The position numbers were made by a program, and so were the translations under genes. DNA of 64,000 nucleotides from Alphaproteobacteria bacterium (GTDB lineage Bacteria > Pseudomonadota > Alphaproteobacteria > CALKHQ01): positions 32,001 to 96,000 of the forward strand of contig CBDDFZ010000001.1 in assembly GCA_965227515.1 (NCBI GenBank). Direction: 5' to 3'. Below, piece by piece: positions 40,804 to 50,741 of the stretch (the stretch's first letter is position 1; each line of letters starts with the position of its first letter). The notes below the pieces were generated by a model, which worked only from the letters and a program-made list of their open reading frames with translations, was not told the DNA's origin and did no database searches.

Positions 40804-41853
40804 TTACCGCGACGGGCCGGCGCGTTCGGCCGACTTGGCCCACAGATTGACCCCGCCCTCCACGGCATGGGCGTCGATCTCGGCCAGCTCGGCATCGGTG
40901 AAGTCCTGGTTGGCAAGCGCGCCAACGCAGGCGTCGATCTGCTCGGTCCGGCTGGCGCCGATCAGCGCAGAGGTCACCCGTCCACCGCGCAGCACCCACG
41001 CCAGCGCCATCTGCGCCAGCGTCTGGCCCCGCCGCTCGGCAATGGCGTTCAGCGCGCGGGCATGCTCGATGTTCTCCTCGTTCAGGAACGCCGTGCGCAG
41101 CGACTTGCCCTGGGCTGCCCGGCTGTCGTCGGGAATGCCCTTCAGGTACTTGTCGGTCAGCATGCCCTGTGCCAGCGGCGAGAAGGCGATGCAGCCGATG
41201 CCCTCGTCCTCCAGCGTGTCGAGCAGGCCGTCGTCCTCGACCCAGCGGTTGATCATCGAATAGCTCGGCTGGTGGATCAGGCAGGGCACGTTGTTGGCCT
41301 TCAGAATCGCCGCGGCCTCGCGCGTGCGCTGGGAATTGTAGGACGAGATGCCGACATAGAGCGCCTTGCCCTGCTGCACCGCCGTGACCAGCGCGCCCAT
41401 GGTCTCCTCCAGCGGCGTGTCGGGGTCGAAGCGGTGGGAATAGAAGATGTCGACATAGTCCAGGCCCATCCGCTTCAGCGACTGGTCCAGGCTGGCCAGC
41501 ACGTACTTGCGGCTGCCCCATTCGCCATATGGCCCCGGCCACATGCCGTAGCCGGCCTTCGACGAGATGATCAACTCGTCACGCAGGTGCGCGAAGTCCG
41601 ATTTCAGGAACTTGCCGAACCGGGTCTCGGCCGAGCCCGGCGGCGGGCCGTAGTTGTTGGCAAGGTCGAAATGGGTGATGCCGAGGTCGAACGCGCGCCG
41701 GCACAGGGCGCGCGCGTTATCCTCGCGCGCGTCGTCACCGAAATTGTGCCACAGGCCGAGCGAGATCGCCGGCAGCTTCAGCCCGCTGTTGCCGCAGCGA
41801 TTGTAGGTCATCGAGTCGTAGCGGTCGGCGGCGGGCACATATTGAGAGGTCAT
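40804..41853 (-). CDS. Aldo/keto reductase (L-glyceraldehyde-3-phosphate reductase, YghZ-like)
   Basis: SLGLWHNFG, HFDLANNYGPPPGSAE, KAGY.MW.GPYG. Confidence 0.92.
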   Translation of the reverse strand: MTSQYVPAADRYDSMTYNRCGNSGLKLPAISLGLWHNFGDDAREDNARALCRRAFDLGITHFDLANNYGPPPGSAETRFGKFLKSDFAHLRDELIISSKAGYGMWPGPYGEWGSRKYVLASLDQSLKRMGLDYVDIFYSHRFDPDTPLEETMGALVTAVQQGKALYVGISSYNSQRTREAAAILKANNVPCLIHQPSYSMINRWVEDDGLLDTLEDEGIGCIAFSPLAQGMLTDKYLKGIPDDSRAAQGKSLRTAFLNEENIEHARALNAIAERRGQTLAQMALAWVLRGGRVTSALIGASRTEQIDACVGALANQDFTDAELAEIDAHAVEGGVNLWAKSAERAGPSR

Positions 41854-42089
41854 GCGGGCGGTCCTTGAGTGGGTCGTGTCGGCGGAGTGGGCTCATGGCG
41901 CGCATCAATGCCACAACGGGGAACGAAAATCTCGCGTTCACCGGAAAGTCCCTCTGGTCTGTTTGGCTTCAGCCATAAGGAAAATGAATTTTGCATCACA
42001 TTCTGACTTCCCAACCGCAGCTAAGCCAATTCGTCGACAGGTCATGCTAAGATTTAATTCTTACGATTGGGAGTTACGAGTCGCCCTAA

Positions 42090-42910
42090 ATGTCTCTCGA
42101 CATAATTATGATTCATCATTGGCTGGTGGCAAGGATCTCGGATGCCAACGCTTGGCTCGAAGTCCATGTGGTGGAGTGGTTCTTCGCGACACCCATTGGG
42201 TTGATGGGCACGGTTGCTGCTGTGCTGGCGACGCTTTCTCTATTGACAAACCGCCAACACATGCAAACGGCACAGGAAAATATTCGGCTACAGACGGTAA
42301 ATATTACTCGTGTAGAATGGGAAGAGCGGGCAATTTTTTTAATATGGTTCTGGATAAAATTGAAGTATATTTCTATCTTGCACGACAATGCGCAAGATCA
42401 ACTCCCCTAGTGTCTTTTGGCCACTACGAGGAGAGACAAGATTGGGAATCTCGAATTGAAAGCATATCGCCAAATGAGTTTATTGATCATTTACAAAAAA
42501 CTGTAGAATTTTTTACTATTCGAGATATGATCAATAATATTTATGACGATACACACCGCATCATTTTGGAAATCCTCGAGAATAACAATGAAATGTATCT
42601 TGCTGTGAGGAATTCACTCCATCATGAATATCAGGATGCTGAGAACTATGAGCATCTTGACAAACAAATACTTGATGAGCTGGTTGCAAGCAGGATGAAA
42701 ATATGGCAAGAAAAAATGAACTTATACAAACAAACTCTACAAACATACGAGAAACATATTGATGAATTGTTTTCAAACAGCATGGCTATAAATAGCGTTA
42801 GAATATTAAACCTCGCCTATGATCGATATAATAGCTTTCATAACATACTCAAGAGAGAGCTATCGCCAATCCAGACTGCTCCAAAGCGAACCAATACTCA
42901 ATTGGCATGA
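42090..42910 (+). pseudogene. AT-rich orphan membrane-anchored protein gene interrupted by a frameshift at a T7 run
   Basis: ORF 42090-42410 (TM segment) joins the frame ending at 42910 if one T is added at 42334-42340; GC is far below the surroundings. Confidence 0.55.
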
Positions 42911-43145
42911 TCCGAGAGCTTCTTGCTTACTAACCAACAGCCGGATGGGGCCAAACGGCACCGAGAGGCTGGTCGATGGCCCAAGAAGCAATCGCCCCCT
43001 TTCAGCGCGGCCAATTAATCGTTAAATCCCATGGCATACTGTGTGACGGCGCGCGTCGCCGGCAATGGACACCGTTCCAGGCCGCCGTGACCTTGCGCAC
43101 CCATCGGAATGATCGATGACCCGATAGGCGATGGCCCCTTAGCCG

Positions 43146-44711
43146 ATGACCACAGCGACGCCGACATACCCACCCAGCGGATACCCGCCGCAGGGCCATC
43201 AGCATCCGGGCGGTGCCGCCGCGCATCCGGGCCGGCGCCCGTTGCGTCCGCGCCAGCGGCCGGTGAAGGACCGGGCGCACGCCTATTACCGCAACAGCAT
43301 TCTGCTGGACGCGCTGGCGCTCATGATCCCGCTGGGCATGATCTACGAGGTCACGGTGGTCGGCCGCCTGTTCCTGGCCGAGGCAATCTGCCTGGGCGCT
43401 GTGCCGTTCCTGCTGATGGCGCGCGGGCGCATGCTGCTGCTCCCCTCGGCCCTGACCATCATCGCGCTCGGCGCCGGCTGGTTCGTCTGGCAGATCGTCA
43501 CCGACCTGATCCAGGGCACGCCCTACGAGGACTATGCGCGCGGCTGGGCGAAGATCATCTTCTTCATGGTGAACTTCGTGGTCATCTACATGGTGATCTA
43601 CGGCAACCGCAGGCGCACGGCGCTGTTCCTGGCCGGCGCCGCGGTGGCGCTGGCCGCATCGGTGATCGTGCGCCCGGGCTATTTCACCGAGGGCAACCCG
43701 TGGAAGTTCGGCTACGGCCTGCCGGTCTCGCTGGCCATCATCTGGATGTGCCAGGTCAACTTCGTCTATCGGCGCTGGGTGCTGGCGGTGGGCCTGTGCC
43801 TGCTGATGACGGCGGCCCACATGTACCTGGGCTGGCGCAGCATGGCCGGCATCTTCGGGCTGACCGGCTTCTACCTGATGGGCCAGGGCCTGCTCGGCCA
43901 GCGCGGCTCCAAGGTGCAGCCGCTGTCGAGCGCCCGTCTGTTGCTGCTGGCCGGCGCCGGCATCGCCGCGATCTTCGCCCTGTTGTCGGGCTACGAGTTC
44001 CTGGCCAGCGAGGGATACCTGGGCGAGGACGCCAAGGAACACTACGAGCAACAGGCGGCCGGCGACCTGGGCCTGCTGCTGGGCGGCCGGCAGGAAGTGG
44101 TGGTGTCGCTGGAGGCGATTTCCGACTCGCCCATATTCGGCCATGGCTCGTGGGCGAAGGACCGCAAGTACATCGACCTGCTGACCGAGCGCATGCGCAT
44201 GCTCGGCTACATGGACATCAACGACGAGGTCGGGCCGTCGTACTTCGGCGACCTGATCCCAACCCACTCCCACATCACCGGTGCATGGGTGGAAGCCGGC
44301 ATCCTTGGCGGCATCTTCTGGATCTGGATCCTGATCCTGATCGCCCGCAATCTGGGCTACCTGTACCAGATCCGCGACCCGATCTCGCCAATGGCGGTCT
44401 TCTTCTCCATCCTCTTGGCGTGGGACGTGCTGTTCTCGCCGTTCGGGGCCGAGCGGCGGATCATGAGCGCGTTCCAGATTGTGGTGCTGGTGTACAGCTG
44501 GGACCTGCTGCGCCAGGCCGCCGCCCAGGGCAAGATGCTGCGCCGCATGAAGCGGATGCAGCGCCGGCGCGCGAACGTGCTGCCGCGACGCCTGCCGCCG
44601 AACGTGCAGCCGCTGCCGCGCCCATCGGAGCGCGCCCGGCTGGAGAACGAGGCGGGCGACCCGCCCACCGACCAGGGCCATGGGCCGGCGCCCGGCCCCA
44701 AGCCGGCCTGA
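43146..44711 (+). CDS. O-antigen ligase/polymerase (Wzy_C)-like membrane protein
   Basis: Multi-TM; GR.E......AI..SPIFGHG and HS..I.AWVEAGILG motifs. Confidence 0.75.
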   Translation: MTTATPTYPPSGYPPQGHQHPGGAAAHPGRRPLRPRQRPVKDRAHAYYRNSILLDALALMIPLGMIYEVTVVGRLFLAEAICLGAVPFLLMARGRMLLLPSALTIIALGAGWFVWQIVTDLIQGTPYEDYARGWAKIIFFMVNFVVIYMVIYGNRRRTALFLAGAAVALAASVIVRPGYFTEGNPWKFGYGLPVSLAIIWMCQVNFVYRRWVLAVGLCLLMTAAHMYLGWRSMAGIFGLTGFYLMGQGLLGQRGSKVQPLSSARLLLLAGAGIAAIFALLSGYEFLASEGYLGEDAKEHYEQQAAGDLGLLLGGRQEVVVSLEAISDSPIFGHGSWAKDRKYIDLLTERMRMLGYMDINDEVGPSYFGDLIPTHSHITGAWVEAGILGGIFWIWILILIARNLGYLYQIRDPISPMAVFFSILLAWDVLFSPFGAERRIMSAFQIVVLVYSWDLLRQAAAQGKMLRRMKRMQRRRANVLPRRLPPNVQPLPRPSERARLENEAGDPPTDQGHGPAPGPKPA

Positions 44712-44756
44712 CCGCGCGGCTCACCCCAGCACATCCCCCGCAGCAAGCCGAAAACG

Positions 44757-45587
44757 ATGCGCATCTCCGTCGTCACCCTGTCGTTCAACCAGGCCGCGTT
44801 CCTGGACCGCGCCATCCAGTCGGTGCTGGCGCAGGACCACGACGACGTGGAGTACATCGTCGTCGACCCCGGCTCGACCGACGGCAGCCGCGACATCATC
44901 GAGCGGTATCGCGACCGTCTGGCGATGGTGCTGCTGGACCCCGACGACGGCCCGGCCGACGGCCTGAACAAAGGGTTCGCGAAGGCCACCGGCGACATCT
45001 TCTACTACCTGAACGCCGACGACGCGGTGCTGCAGGGCGCGTTCCGCGAGGCCGCCGCCATCTTCGCGAAACCGAAGGCGCCCGACGTGCTGTTCGGCCA
45101 CGGCTACATCATCGACGATGCCGGCCGCGTAACCCGCCACTTTCGTTCCGCGCCCTGGGGGCTGAAACGCTTCGCCCATGGCGCGTCGGTGCAGATGCAG
45201 CAGTCGACCTTCTTCACCGCCGACATCTTCCGCCGCATCGGCGGCTTCAACGTCGACAACCGCACCTGCTGGGACGCGGAAATCCTGCTCGATTTCGCGC
45301 TGGCCGGCGCGCGGTTCAAGGTGGTCGACCGCTACTGGTCGCTGTTCACGATCTACGCGGAGTCGATCACCGGGTCGGGCCGCTTCGCCGAGGCGCATGC
45401 CGCCGACCTGCACCGCATGTTCAAGCGCATCGTCGGCCGCGACCAGCGCGCCAGCGACGTGCTGATCGGGCGCACGCTCAGGCTCGCGCGCTGGTTCACC
45501 GACCCGATGGGCGCGGTCCACCGCCTCTCCGACAAGCTGGTCGGCCCGCCGCGACCTGATCTCAGCCGCCTGCTACCGGCGGAATAG
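44757..45587 (+). CDS. Glycosyltransferase family 2
   Basis: ISVVTLSFNQ, VDPGSTDGS, NKGF..ATGD, LNADD. Confidence 0.92.
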   Translation: MRISVVTLSFNQAAFLDRAIQSVLAQDHDDVEYIVVDPGSTDGSRDIIERYRDRLAMVLLDPDDGPADGLNKGFAKATGDIFYYLNADDAVLQGAFREAAAIFAKPKAPDVLFGHGYIIDDAGRVTRHFRSAPWGLKRFAHGASVQMQQSTFFTADIFRRIGGFNVDNRTCWDAEILLDFALAGARFKVVDRYWSLFTIYAESITGSGRFAEAHAADLHRMFKRIVGRDQRASDVLIGRTLRLARWFTDPMGAVHRLSDKLVGPPRPDLSRLLPAE

Positions 45588-45596
45588 TTGCATTTT

Positions 45597-45697
45597 CATT
45601 CAAGTCGGCACCGGCCCTCACCCCCACCCGGCCACCCAGCAATCATACTGTCGTTGGGCGGCCGGGTGGGGGTGAGGGCTGGAGCAGACTTCAGCGT
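45597..45697. repeat. Family D long palindromic repeat, intact copy of the IS110 target repeat
   Basis: AAGTCGGCACCGGCCCTCACCCCCACCCGGCC...GGCCGGGTGGGGGTGAGGGCTGGAGCAGACTT; matches the joined flanks of the IS110. Confidence 0.9.
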
Positions 45698-45710
45698 GAG
45701 CTGAGACTAC

Positions 45711-46775
45711 TCAACCCGGCACGCGGATCTCGAACAACAGGAACAGGGTGCGTTGCAGGCCGATGAAATTGTCGTCGGTTACCAGCAGCAGCAACGGCGC
45801 GCCGGACGGCCCAGCGAACACAGCAGCACCCTCGACATTGTCGACGGTCATTGGCGGCCGCAGCCGCGCCATCTCGATGCCTTCGATCCGCGCACCCGGC
45901 GCAATCGCGTCGGCATCGACCCTTGCAATGCGAATGTCGGCGCCGCTCAGCAGCGAGAACCCGCGCTCCACCACCAGCAGGTCGCCGTTCGGCAGCACCG
46001 TTGCGTCGGAGACCTCCAGGTCCGGGTCGCCGGCACAGCGGAACGGCTGCCAGGTCAGGTCCGGGCCGTCGGTGTCGCTGACCCAGGCATAGTTGCCCCG
46101 GTCGTCGGACAGGTCCTCCGCCATCGCCACCAGCCGGCCGTCCGGCAGCCGGGCCAGCGATTCCAGCGATCCGTTGCGGGGCGCCGCCTCGATGCCCGGC
46201 GGCGTCGGCAGCGCGACCGGCACCGACGCGAGGCCGCCGGCGGCGTCGACCGCATAGCGCCAGACCCGGTGATCGCGCTCGAACGACACCAGCGCAGCAC
46301 CATTGCCGTCGATGGCCAGCCCCTCCGCATCGCGCTGTCCCATGGAGACAGGTTCTCCGTCCAGGTCCAGCAGCCGCGCCGAGCGCACATCCGAGACACC
46401 AGTCAATATGCCGGCGTCATCGATCAACAGCCGCCCCGTCACCCAATAGCCGGTGTCCGACAATGCCAGGAATCCCGATCCGTCCGGCCAGACATGCAGC
46501 GCGGAGAGCCCACCGAAGCCGGCACCGCTGCCTTCAACGTGCAATCCGCCGCGCCACATCAGCACGCCCACCTGGTCCTGCCCCGGCGCCGATGGGTTCA
46601 TCGGCAAGGCCGTGCTGCTGACCGGCACCGCCCCGTCGTCCATCAACGGGCGTTGCAGCGGGTCAGCACAGGCCACCGCCGCGGCAAGCATGGTGGCCAG
46701 AACCGTAAGGCGTATGAGAGCAGTCAAACTCAATACTCCGTGATGGACGCGGCCGGACCCTTCAACCGTCCCCAA
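45711..46775 (-). CDS. Esterase-like activity of phytase family protein
   Basis: FGGLS, LSDTG, DAEGLA, VSFE, DNVEG, TDDNF..LQRT; start uncertain. Confidence 0.85.
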   Translation of the reverse strand: MGTVEGSGRVHHGVLSLTALIRLTVLATMLAAAVACADPLQRPLMDDGAVPVSSTALPMNPSAPGQDQVGVLMWRGGLHVEGSGAGFGGLSALHVWPDGSGFLALSDTGYWVTGRLLIDDAGILTGVSDVRSARLLDLDGEPVSMGQRDAEGLAIDGNGAALVSFERDHRVWRYAVDAAGGLASVPVALPTPPGIEAAPRNGSLESLARLPDGRLVAMAEDLSDDRGNYAWVSDTDGPDLTWQPFRCAGDPDLEVSDATVLPNGDLLVVERGFSLLSGADIRIARVDADAIAPGARIEGIEMARLRPPMTVDNVEGAAVFAGPSGAPLLLLVTDDNFIGLQRTLFLLFEIRVPG

Positions 46776-46850
46776 GCCCGGCTAGACTGGAAATCGCGCT
46801 GGCAGCGCTTGTGAGCCAGCACATCATGACAGTTTACGGCGGAGGCCCCC

Positions 46851-47630
46851 ATGACGATCGATCGACGAGACATCATTCGCGGTTTGGCGATGGCACCGGT
46901 GGCGGCGGCGCCGCTGGCGACCGTGCTGGCGAACCCGCGGCTGGCCCGCGCGGCGGCCGAGGGGCTGGAGACCGTGACCCTGTCGGTCGACGGTGTCGGC
47001 GACGTCAACGCCAGCCTGGCGATGCCGGCGACCGCGCCGGCGGCCTCGGTAGTCTTGATCCACGAATGGTGGGGCCTGAACGACCAGATCAAGGCGGTTG
47101 CCGCCGAGTTCGCCAATTTGGGCTATGCCGGGCTGGCGGTCGATCTCTACGGCGGCCAGGTCGCGACCAACCCCGATGAGGCCCGCGCCCACATGGGTGC
47201 CGTCAACGGCGACCATGCGTCCGCAACGCTCGGCGCCTGGATCGACTGGCTGAAGGCGCACGACGCCACCAACGACAAGGTTGGCACCGTCGGCTGGTGC
47301 TTCGGCGGCGGCTGGTCGCTGAACGCCTCGCTGGCGCGGCCGGTGGACGCCACCGTCGTCTACTATGGCGACGTGTCGAAGACGGCCGACCAGCTCGCCC
47401 CGCTGGCCGGCCCGGTGCTGGGCCACTTCGCCGAGCAGGACCAGTGGATCAACCACGACATGGTCGACGGGTTCGAGGCGGCGATGGACGCCGCCGGCAA
47501 GACCTACACCACCCACTGGTACGATGCGGCGCACGCGTTCGCCAATCCGACCGCCGGTGTCTATGACCAGGAGGACGCCGCCACCGCCTGGGACCGCACG
47601 ACCGCGTTCTTCTCCGCCAATCTGGGGTAG
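46851..47630 (+). CDS. Dienelactone hydrolase family protein, Tat-exported
   Basis: DRRDII twin-arginine; HEWWGLN, GWCFGG, HAFANP. Confidence 0.9.
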   Translation: MTIDRRDIIRGLAMAPVAAAPLATVLANPRLARAAAEGLETVTLSVDGVGDVNASLAMPATAPAASVVLIHEWWGLNDQIKAVAAEFANLGYAGLAVDLYGGQVATNPDEARAHMGAVNGDHASATLGAWIDWLKAHDATNDKVGTVGWCFGGGWSLNASLARPVDATVVYYGDVSKTADQLAPLAGPVLGHFAEQDQWINHDMVDGFEAAMDAAGKTYTTHWYDAAHAFANPTAGVYDQEDAATAWDRTTAFFSANLG

Positions 47631-47655
47631 GGCCGCGGCCCCACCAATACTCATT

Positions 47656-47746
47656 CGTCATGCCCGCACTTGTTGCGGGCATCCACGTCTTATTGGCCGC
47701 CTGAGCGGCCATCTCGTGGATGGTCGGGTCAAGCCCGACCATGACG
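47656..47746. repeat. Family C REP doublet
   Basis: CGTCATGCCCGCACTTGTTGCGGGCATCCACG...CGTGGATGGTCGGGTCAAGCCCGACCATGACG. Confidence 0.88.
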
Positions 47747-47841
47747 GGTGTGGTGATTGGCTACGATGCAGCCCGTGTAGCGTCGAAAACGCGGTGGCAT
47801 GTCCCATGGCCGGCCGCAACGACCCGGTGCTATAAGGCGGC

Positions 47842-48621
47842 ATGAGCCAACCCGGCACCACTGCTGCGCCCGCGCTGTCGCCGCGCGCGGAGCTGTTCGA
47901 ACTCGCCGCGACCCTGGGCCAGATCTTCGGCACCGAGGACTTCGCGCTGTTCCTCTACAGCTTGGTCAAGATGCAGCGCCAGGACACCATGATCGAGCTG
48001 GGCACCGGCACCGGCATGTGCGCGCTGGCGATGGCGCAGGCGGCGAAGGAGAACGGCGCCGGCAAGGTGCTGACGGTGGACGACGGCTCGGCCTGGCCGG
48101 ATATCCAGGCCAGCATGGCGCGCGCCGGCCTGCCCCACGCCAAGGCGGCCTCGCTCGCCGCCTACATGAAAGGGCTGGTCGACCATTTCGGGCTTGCCGA
48201 CGTGCTGACCTGCGCCGCCGGCAAGCTGCCGCCGTTCCCGTTTCCGAAGGGCACGGTCGACCTGCTGTTCGTCGACTACGTCCACCGGCCGGAGAACGTG
48301 ATCGCCATCCTGTCGGCCTATCTGCCGCAGATGGCGCCGTCGTCGTCGATCTTCATCGATTCCGCGTCGACCTATTTCCCGACCCATCAGCTGCTGGAAA
48401 ACACCGTCCACATCTTGAATTCCGGGCGCATCCCGCAGACATTCACCAAAGGCCAGTCGCCGGAGCGGCTGGCCGACCTGCGCGCGCTTGTGGAGGCCAG
48501 CCGGTTCACGCTGGTGCATCTGGTCGAGCGCAAGGACCGCGATCAGAACAGCACGGCGTGGCTGCGCATCGACCCCGCCGACGTGGTGCCTGACCCGCAG
48601 GCCAAGATGCGCATGTATTGA
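47842..48621 (+). CDS. Class I SAM-dependent methyltransferase (Methyltransf_24-like)
   Basis: IELGTGTG, LTVDD, DLLFVD..H. Confidence 0.75.
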   Translation: MSQPGTTAAPALSPRAELFELAATLGQIFGTEDFALFLYSLVKMQRQDTMIELGTGTGMCALAMAQAAKENGAGKVLTVDDGSAWPDIQASMARAGLPHAKAASLAAYMKGLVDHFGLADVLTCAAGKLPPFPFPKGTVDLLFVDYVHRPENVIAILSAYLPQMAPSSSIFIDSASTYFPTHQLLENTVHILNSGRIPQTFTKGQSPERLADLRALVEASRFTLVHLVERKDRDQNSTAWLRIDPADVVPDPQAKMRMY

Positions 48622-48655
48622 GTAGATGTGAGAACGGTCGGAACGGGGACTGAGC

Positions 48656-49390
48656 GTGGATATCGGCGCACCGTACAAGGTATTGGGCAAGGTCGACGTG
48701 GCGGAGGCCGCGAAGGCGATCGCCAAACTGCCGGCCGAGGCATGGGACCGCAACGTGTTCCGCCAGGACGTGCTGGCCGACCAGGTGCATTCCGCGACCA
48801 AGGCGATCCTGTTCCGCCACGAATGGGACCGGTGGGTCAACGTGTGGGGCATGGTCGACATGGCCCACCTGGTGCAGGAATGGGCGCGGCGGACCAAGCG
48901 CGACCCTGAGCCGTTCCTGCCGATCGGCCGCGACGAGACCGATATCGGCCCGATCTACACCTTCCCCGACTGGCGCGACTTCGAGGGCGTTCTGCAGCCC
49001 ATCGTCGACCAGGTGACCGGCATGTTTGAGGCCAAATCCGGGGCCAAGCCGGGAACCAAGTCCGGCATCGTCACCCGGCTGGCGCTGGTGATGATGCCGC
49101 CGGGCTACAAGATCGCGCCGCACATCGACGGCCAGCAGATGGCGCACAAGGCGCACCGCGTGCACGTGCCGCTGATCTGCCCGCCGGGCGTGGAATACAA
49201 GGTGGACGGCAAGAAGTTCACCATGAAGCTGGGCTACGCCTACGACTTCAACAATCGGGTCCGCCATTCGGTCCGCCACAACGGCAAGAAGCCGCGGGTG
49301 AATCTGTTCCTGGACTACTACGAGAACCCGGGCCGGGCGGTCGCGCCGCCGTATGGCTACTACGCCTCCCAGCCCTATGGCCACGGTTGA
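48656..49390 (+). CDS. Aspartyl/asparaginyl beta-hydroxylase domain protein
   Basis: IAPHID, HRVHVPL, NNRVRHSV.H.G..PRVNLFLD. Confidence 0.85.
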   Translation: MDIGAPYKVLGKVDVAEAAKAIAKLPAEAWDRNVFRQDVLADQVHSATKAILFRHEWDRWVNVWGMVDMAHLVQEWARRTKRDPEPFLPIGRDETDIGPIYTFPDWRDFEGVLQPIVDQVTGMFEAKSGAKPGTKSGIVTRLALVMMPPGYKIAPHIDGQQMAHKAHRVHVPLICPPGVEYKVDGKKFTMKLGYAYDFNNRVRHSVRHNGKKPRVNLFLDYYENPGRAVAPPYGYYASQPYGHG

Positions 49391-50609
49391 CGCCGCCAAC
49401 CCGGCGCCGACGGATACGGACCGCAAACCCGAACGACTGGCCCTCGGCATCCTGCTCACCATGCTGGTGGCGCTGGGGCCGATCTCCACCGACCTCTACC
49501 TGCCGTCGCTGCCGCGCATCGGCCGCGACCTCGGGGCCAGCGAGCCCAGCGTGCAGCTCACGCTGTCGGTCTTCCTGGTCGTCTTCGCCGCCGCCCAACT
49601 GATCTATGGCCCGCTGTCGGACCGGTTCGGCCGCAAGCCGGTGCTGATCGGCGGACTGTGCATCTATCTGGTGGCGACGGCCGCCTGCGCCTTCGCCCCC
49701 ACCATTGACTGGCTGATCGCCGGCCGCGCGGTGCAGGCGTTCGGGGCCTGCGTCGGCCCGGTGATCGGGCGCGCCGTGGTCCGCGACGTCTACGGGCGGG
49801 AACGGGCCGCCCGCGTGCTGGCCTACATGGGTGCCGCGATGGCGGTGGCTCCGGCGGTCGGCCCGGTGATTGGCGGCATCGTCACCGCCGCTGTCGGCTG
49901 GCAGGCCAATTTCGGGCTGCTGGCGGTGTTCGGGATCATGGCGCTGGTCGGCATCCGGCTGATCCTGACCGAGACCAATTTCTACCTGAATGCCGAGGCG
50001 ACCCGCATCGGGCCGTTGCTGCGCAACTACCGCACCATCGCGCGCAACCGCGAATTCGCCGGCCACGCCCTGACCATGACGTTCGCGTTCAGCGGGCTGT
50101 TCACCTTCATCTCCGGCTCCTCGTTCGTGTTCATCGAGTATTTCGAGCTTTCGGAGATGGCATACGGCTTCTGCTTCGCCTCCGCCGTGGCGGGCTACGT
50201 CACCGGCTCGCTGATCACCGGGCGGATCACCATGCGGGTCGGCGTCGACCGGCTGGTGGCGGTGGGCGTCACATTCACCACCGTGTTCGGCGTCACGATG
50301 GCGGTGATCGGGCTTACCGGCATCTTCACCATCGCGACCATCCTGGTGCCGATGTTCGGCTACATGATCGGCATGGGCCTGTTGCTGCCGAACGCCATGT
50401 CGCGTGCCATCGGCCCGTTCCCGCAAATGGCGGGTGCCGCCTCCGCGCTGATGGGCTTCACCTCGTTCGGGGTCGCTTCGGTGTGGGGCGCGGTGTGCGC
50501 CAACCTGTCGACCGGCACGCCGCTGGTGATGACGGTGGCCATCGGCCTTGGCGGCACGTTGGCGATGGTCGTCTACCTGACCCTGGCGCGCGGCGCCGCG
50601 AACACCTGA
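49377..50609 (+). CDS. Bcr/CflA family MFS efflux transporter
   Basis: DLYLPSLP, GPLSDRFGRKPV, AVVRD. Confidence 0.92.
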   Translation: MATVDAANPAPTDTDRKPERLALGILLTMLVALGPISTDLYLPSLPRIGRDLGASEPSVQLTLSVFLVVFAAAQLIYGPLSDRFGRKPVLIGGLCIYLVATAACAFAPTIDWLIAGRAVQAFGACVGPVIGRAVVRDVYGRERAARVLAYMGAAMAVAPAVGPVIGGIVTAAVGWQANFGLLAVFGIMALVGIRLILTETNFYLNAEATRIGPLLRNYRTIARNREFAGHALTMTFAFSGLFTFISGSSFVFIEYFELSEMAYGFCFASAVAGYVTGSLITGRITMRVGVDRLVAVGVTFTTVFGVTMAVIGLTGIFTIATILVPMFGYMIGMGLLLPNAMSRAIGPFPQMAGAASALMGFTSFGVASVWGAVCANLSTGTPLVMTVAIGLGGTLAMVVYLTLARGAANT

Positions 50610-50622
50610 CAACATCAAGCAT

Positions 50623-50709
50623 CGTCATGCCCGCACTTGTTGCGGGCATCCACGACTTTGGTCCCGGCGTCGGAAGACTTGGATGCTCGGGACAAGCCCG
50701 AGCATGACG
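50623..50709. repeat. Family C REP doublet
   Basis: Left unit identical to the one at 47656; inverted right unit; lies between convergent genes. Confidence 0.85.
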
Positions 50710-50741
50710 GCGGTTTGGTTTTCGAGGAGGCGCTGTGGCAC

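Noticed and set aside
40692-40925. 173-aa version of the GIY-YIG ORF
   Set aside because: The extension runs through the REP and the upstream gene; the domain begins at MSYYVY (40691).
43015-43025. TTAA-tcg-TTAA upstream of the Wzy-like gene as a CtrA box
   Set aside because: The spacing is 3 bp rather than 7; at best these are half-sites.
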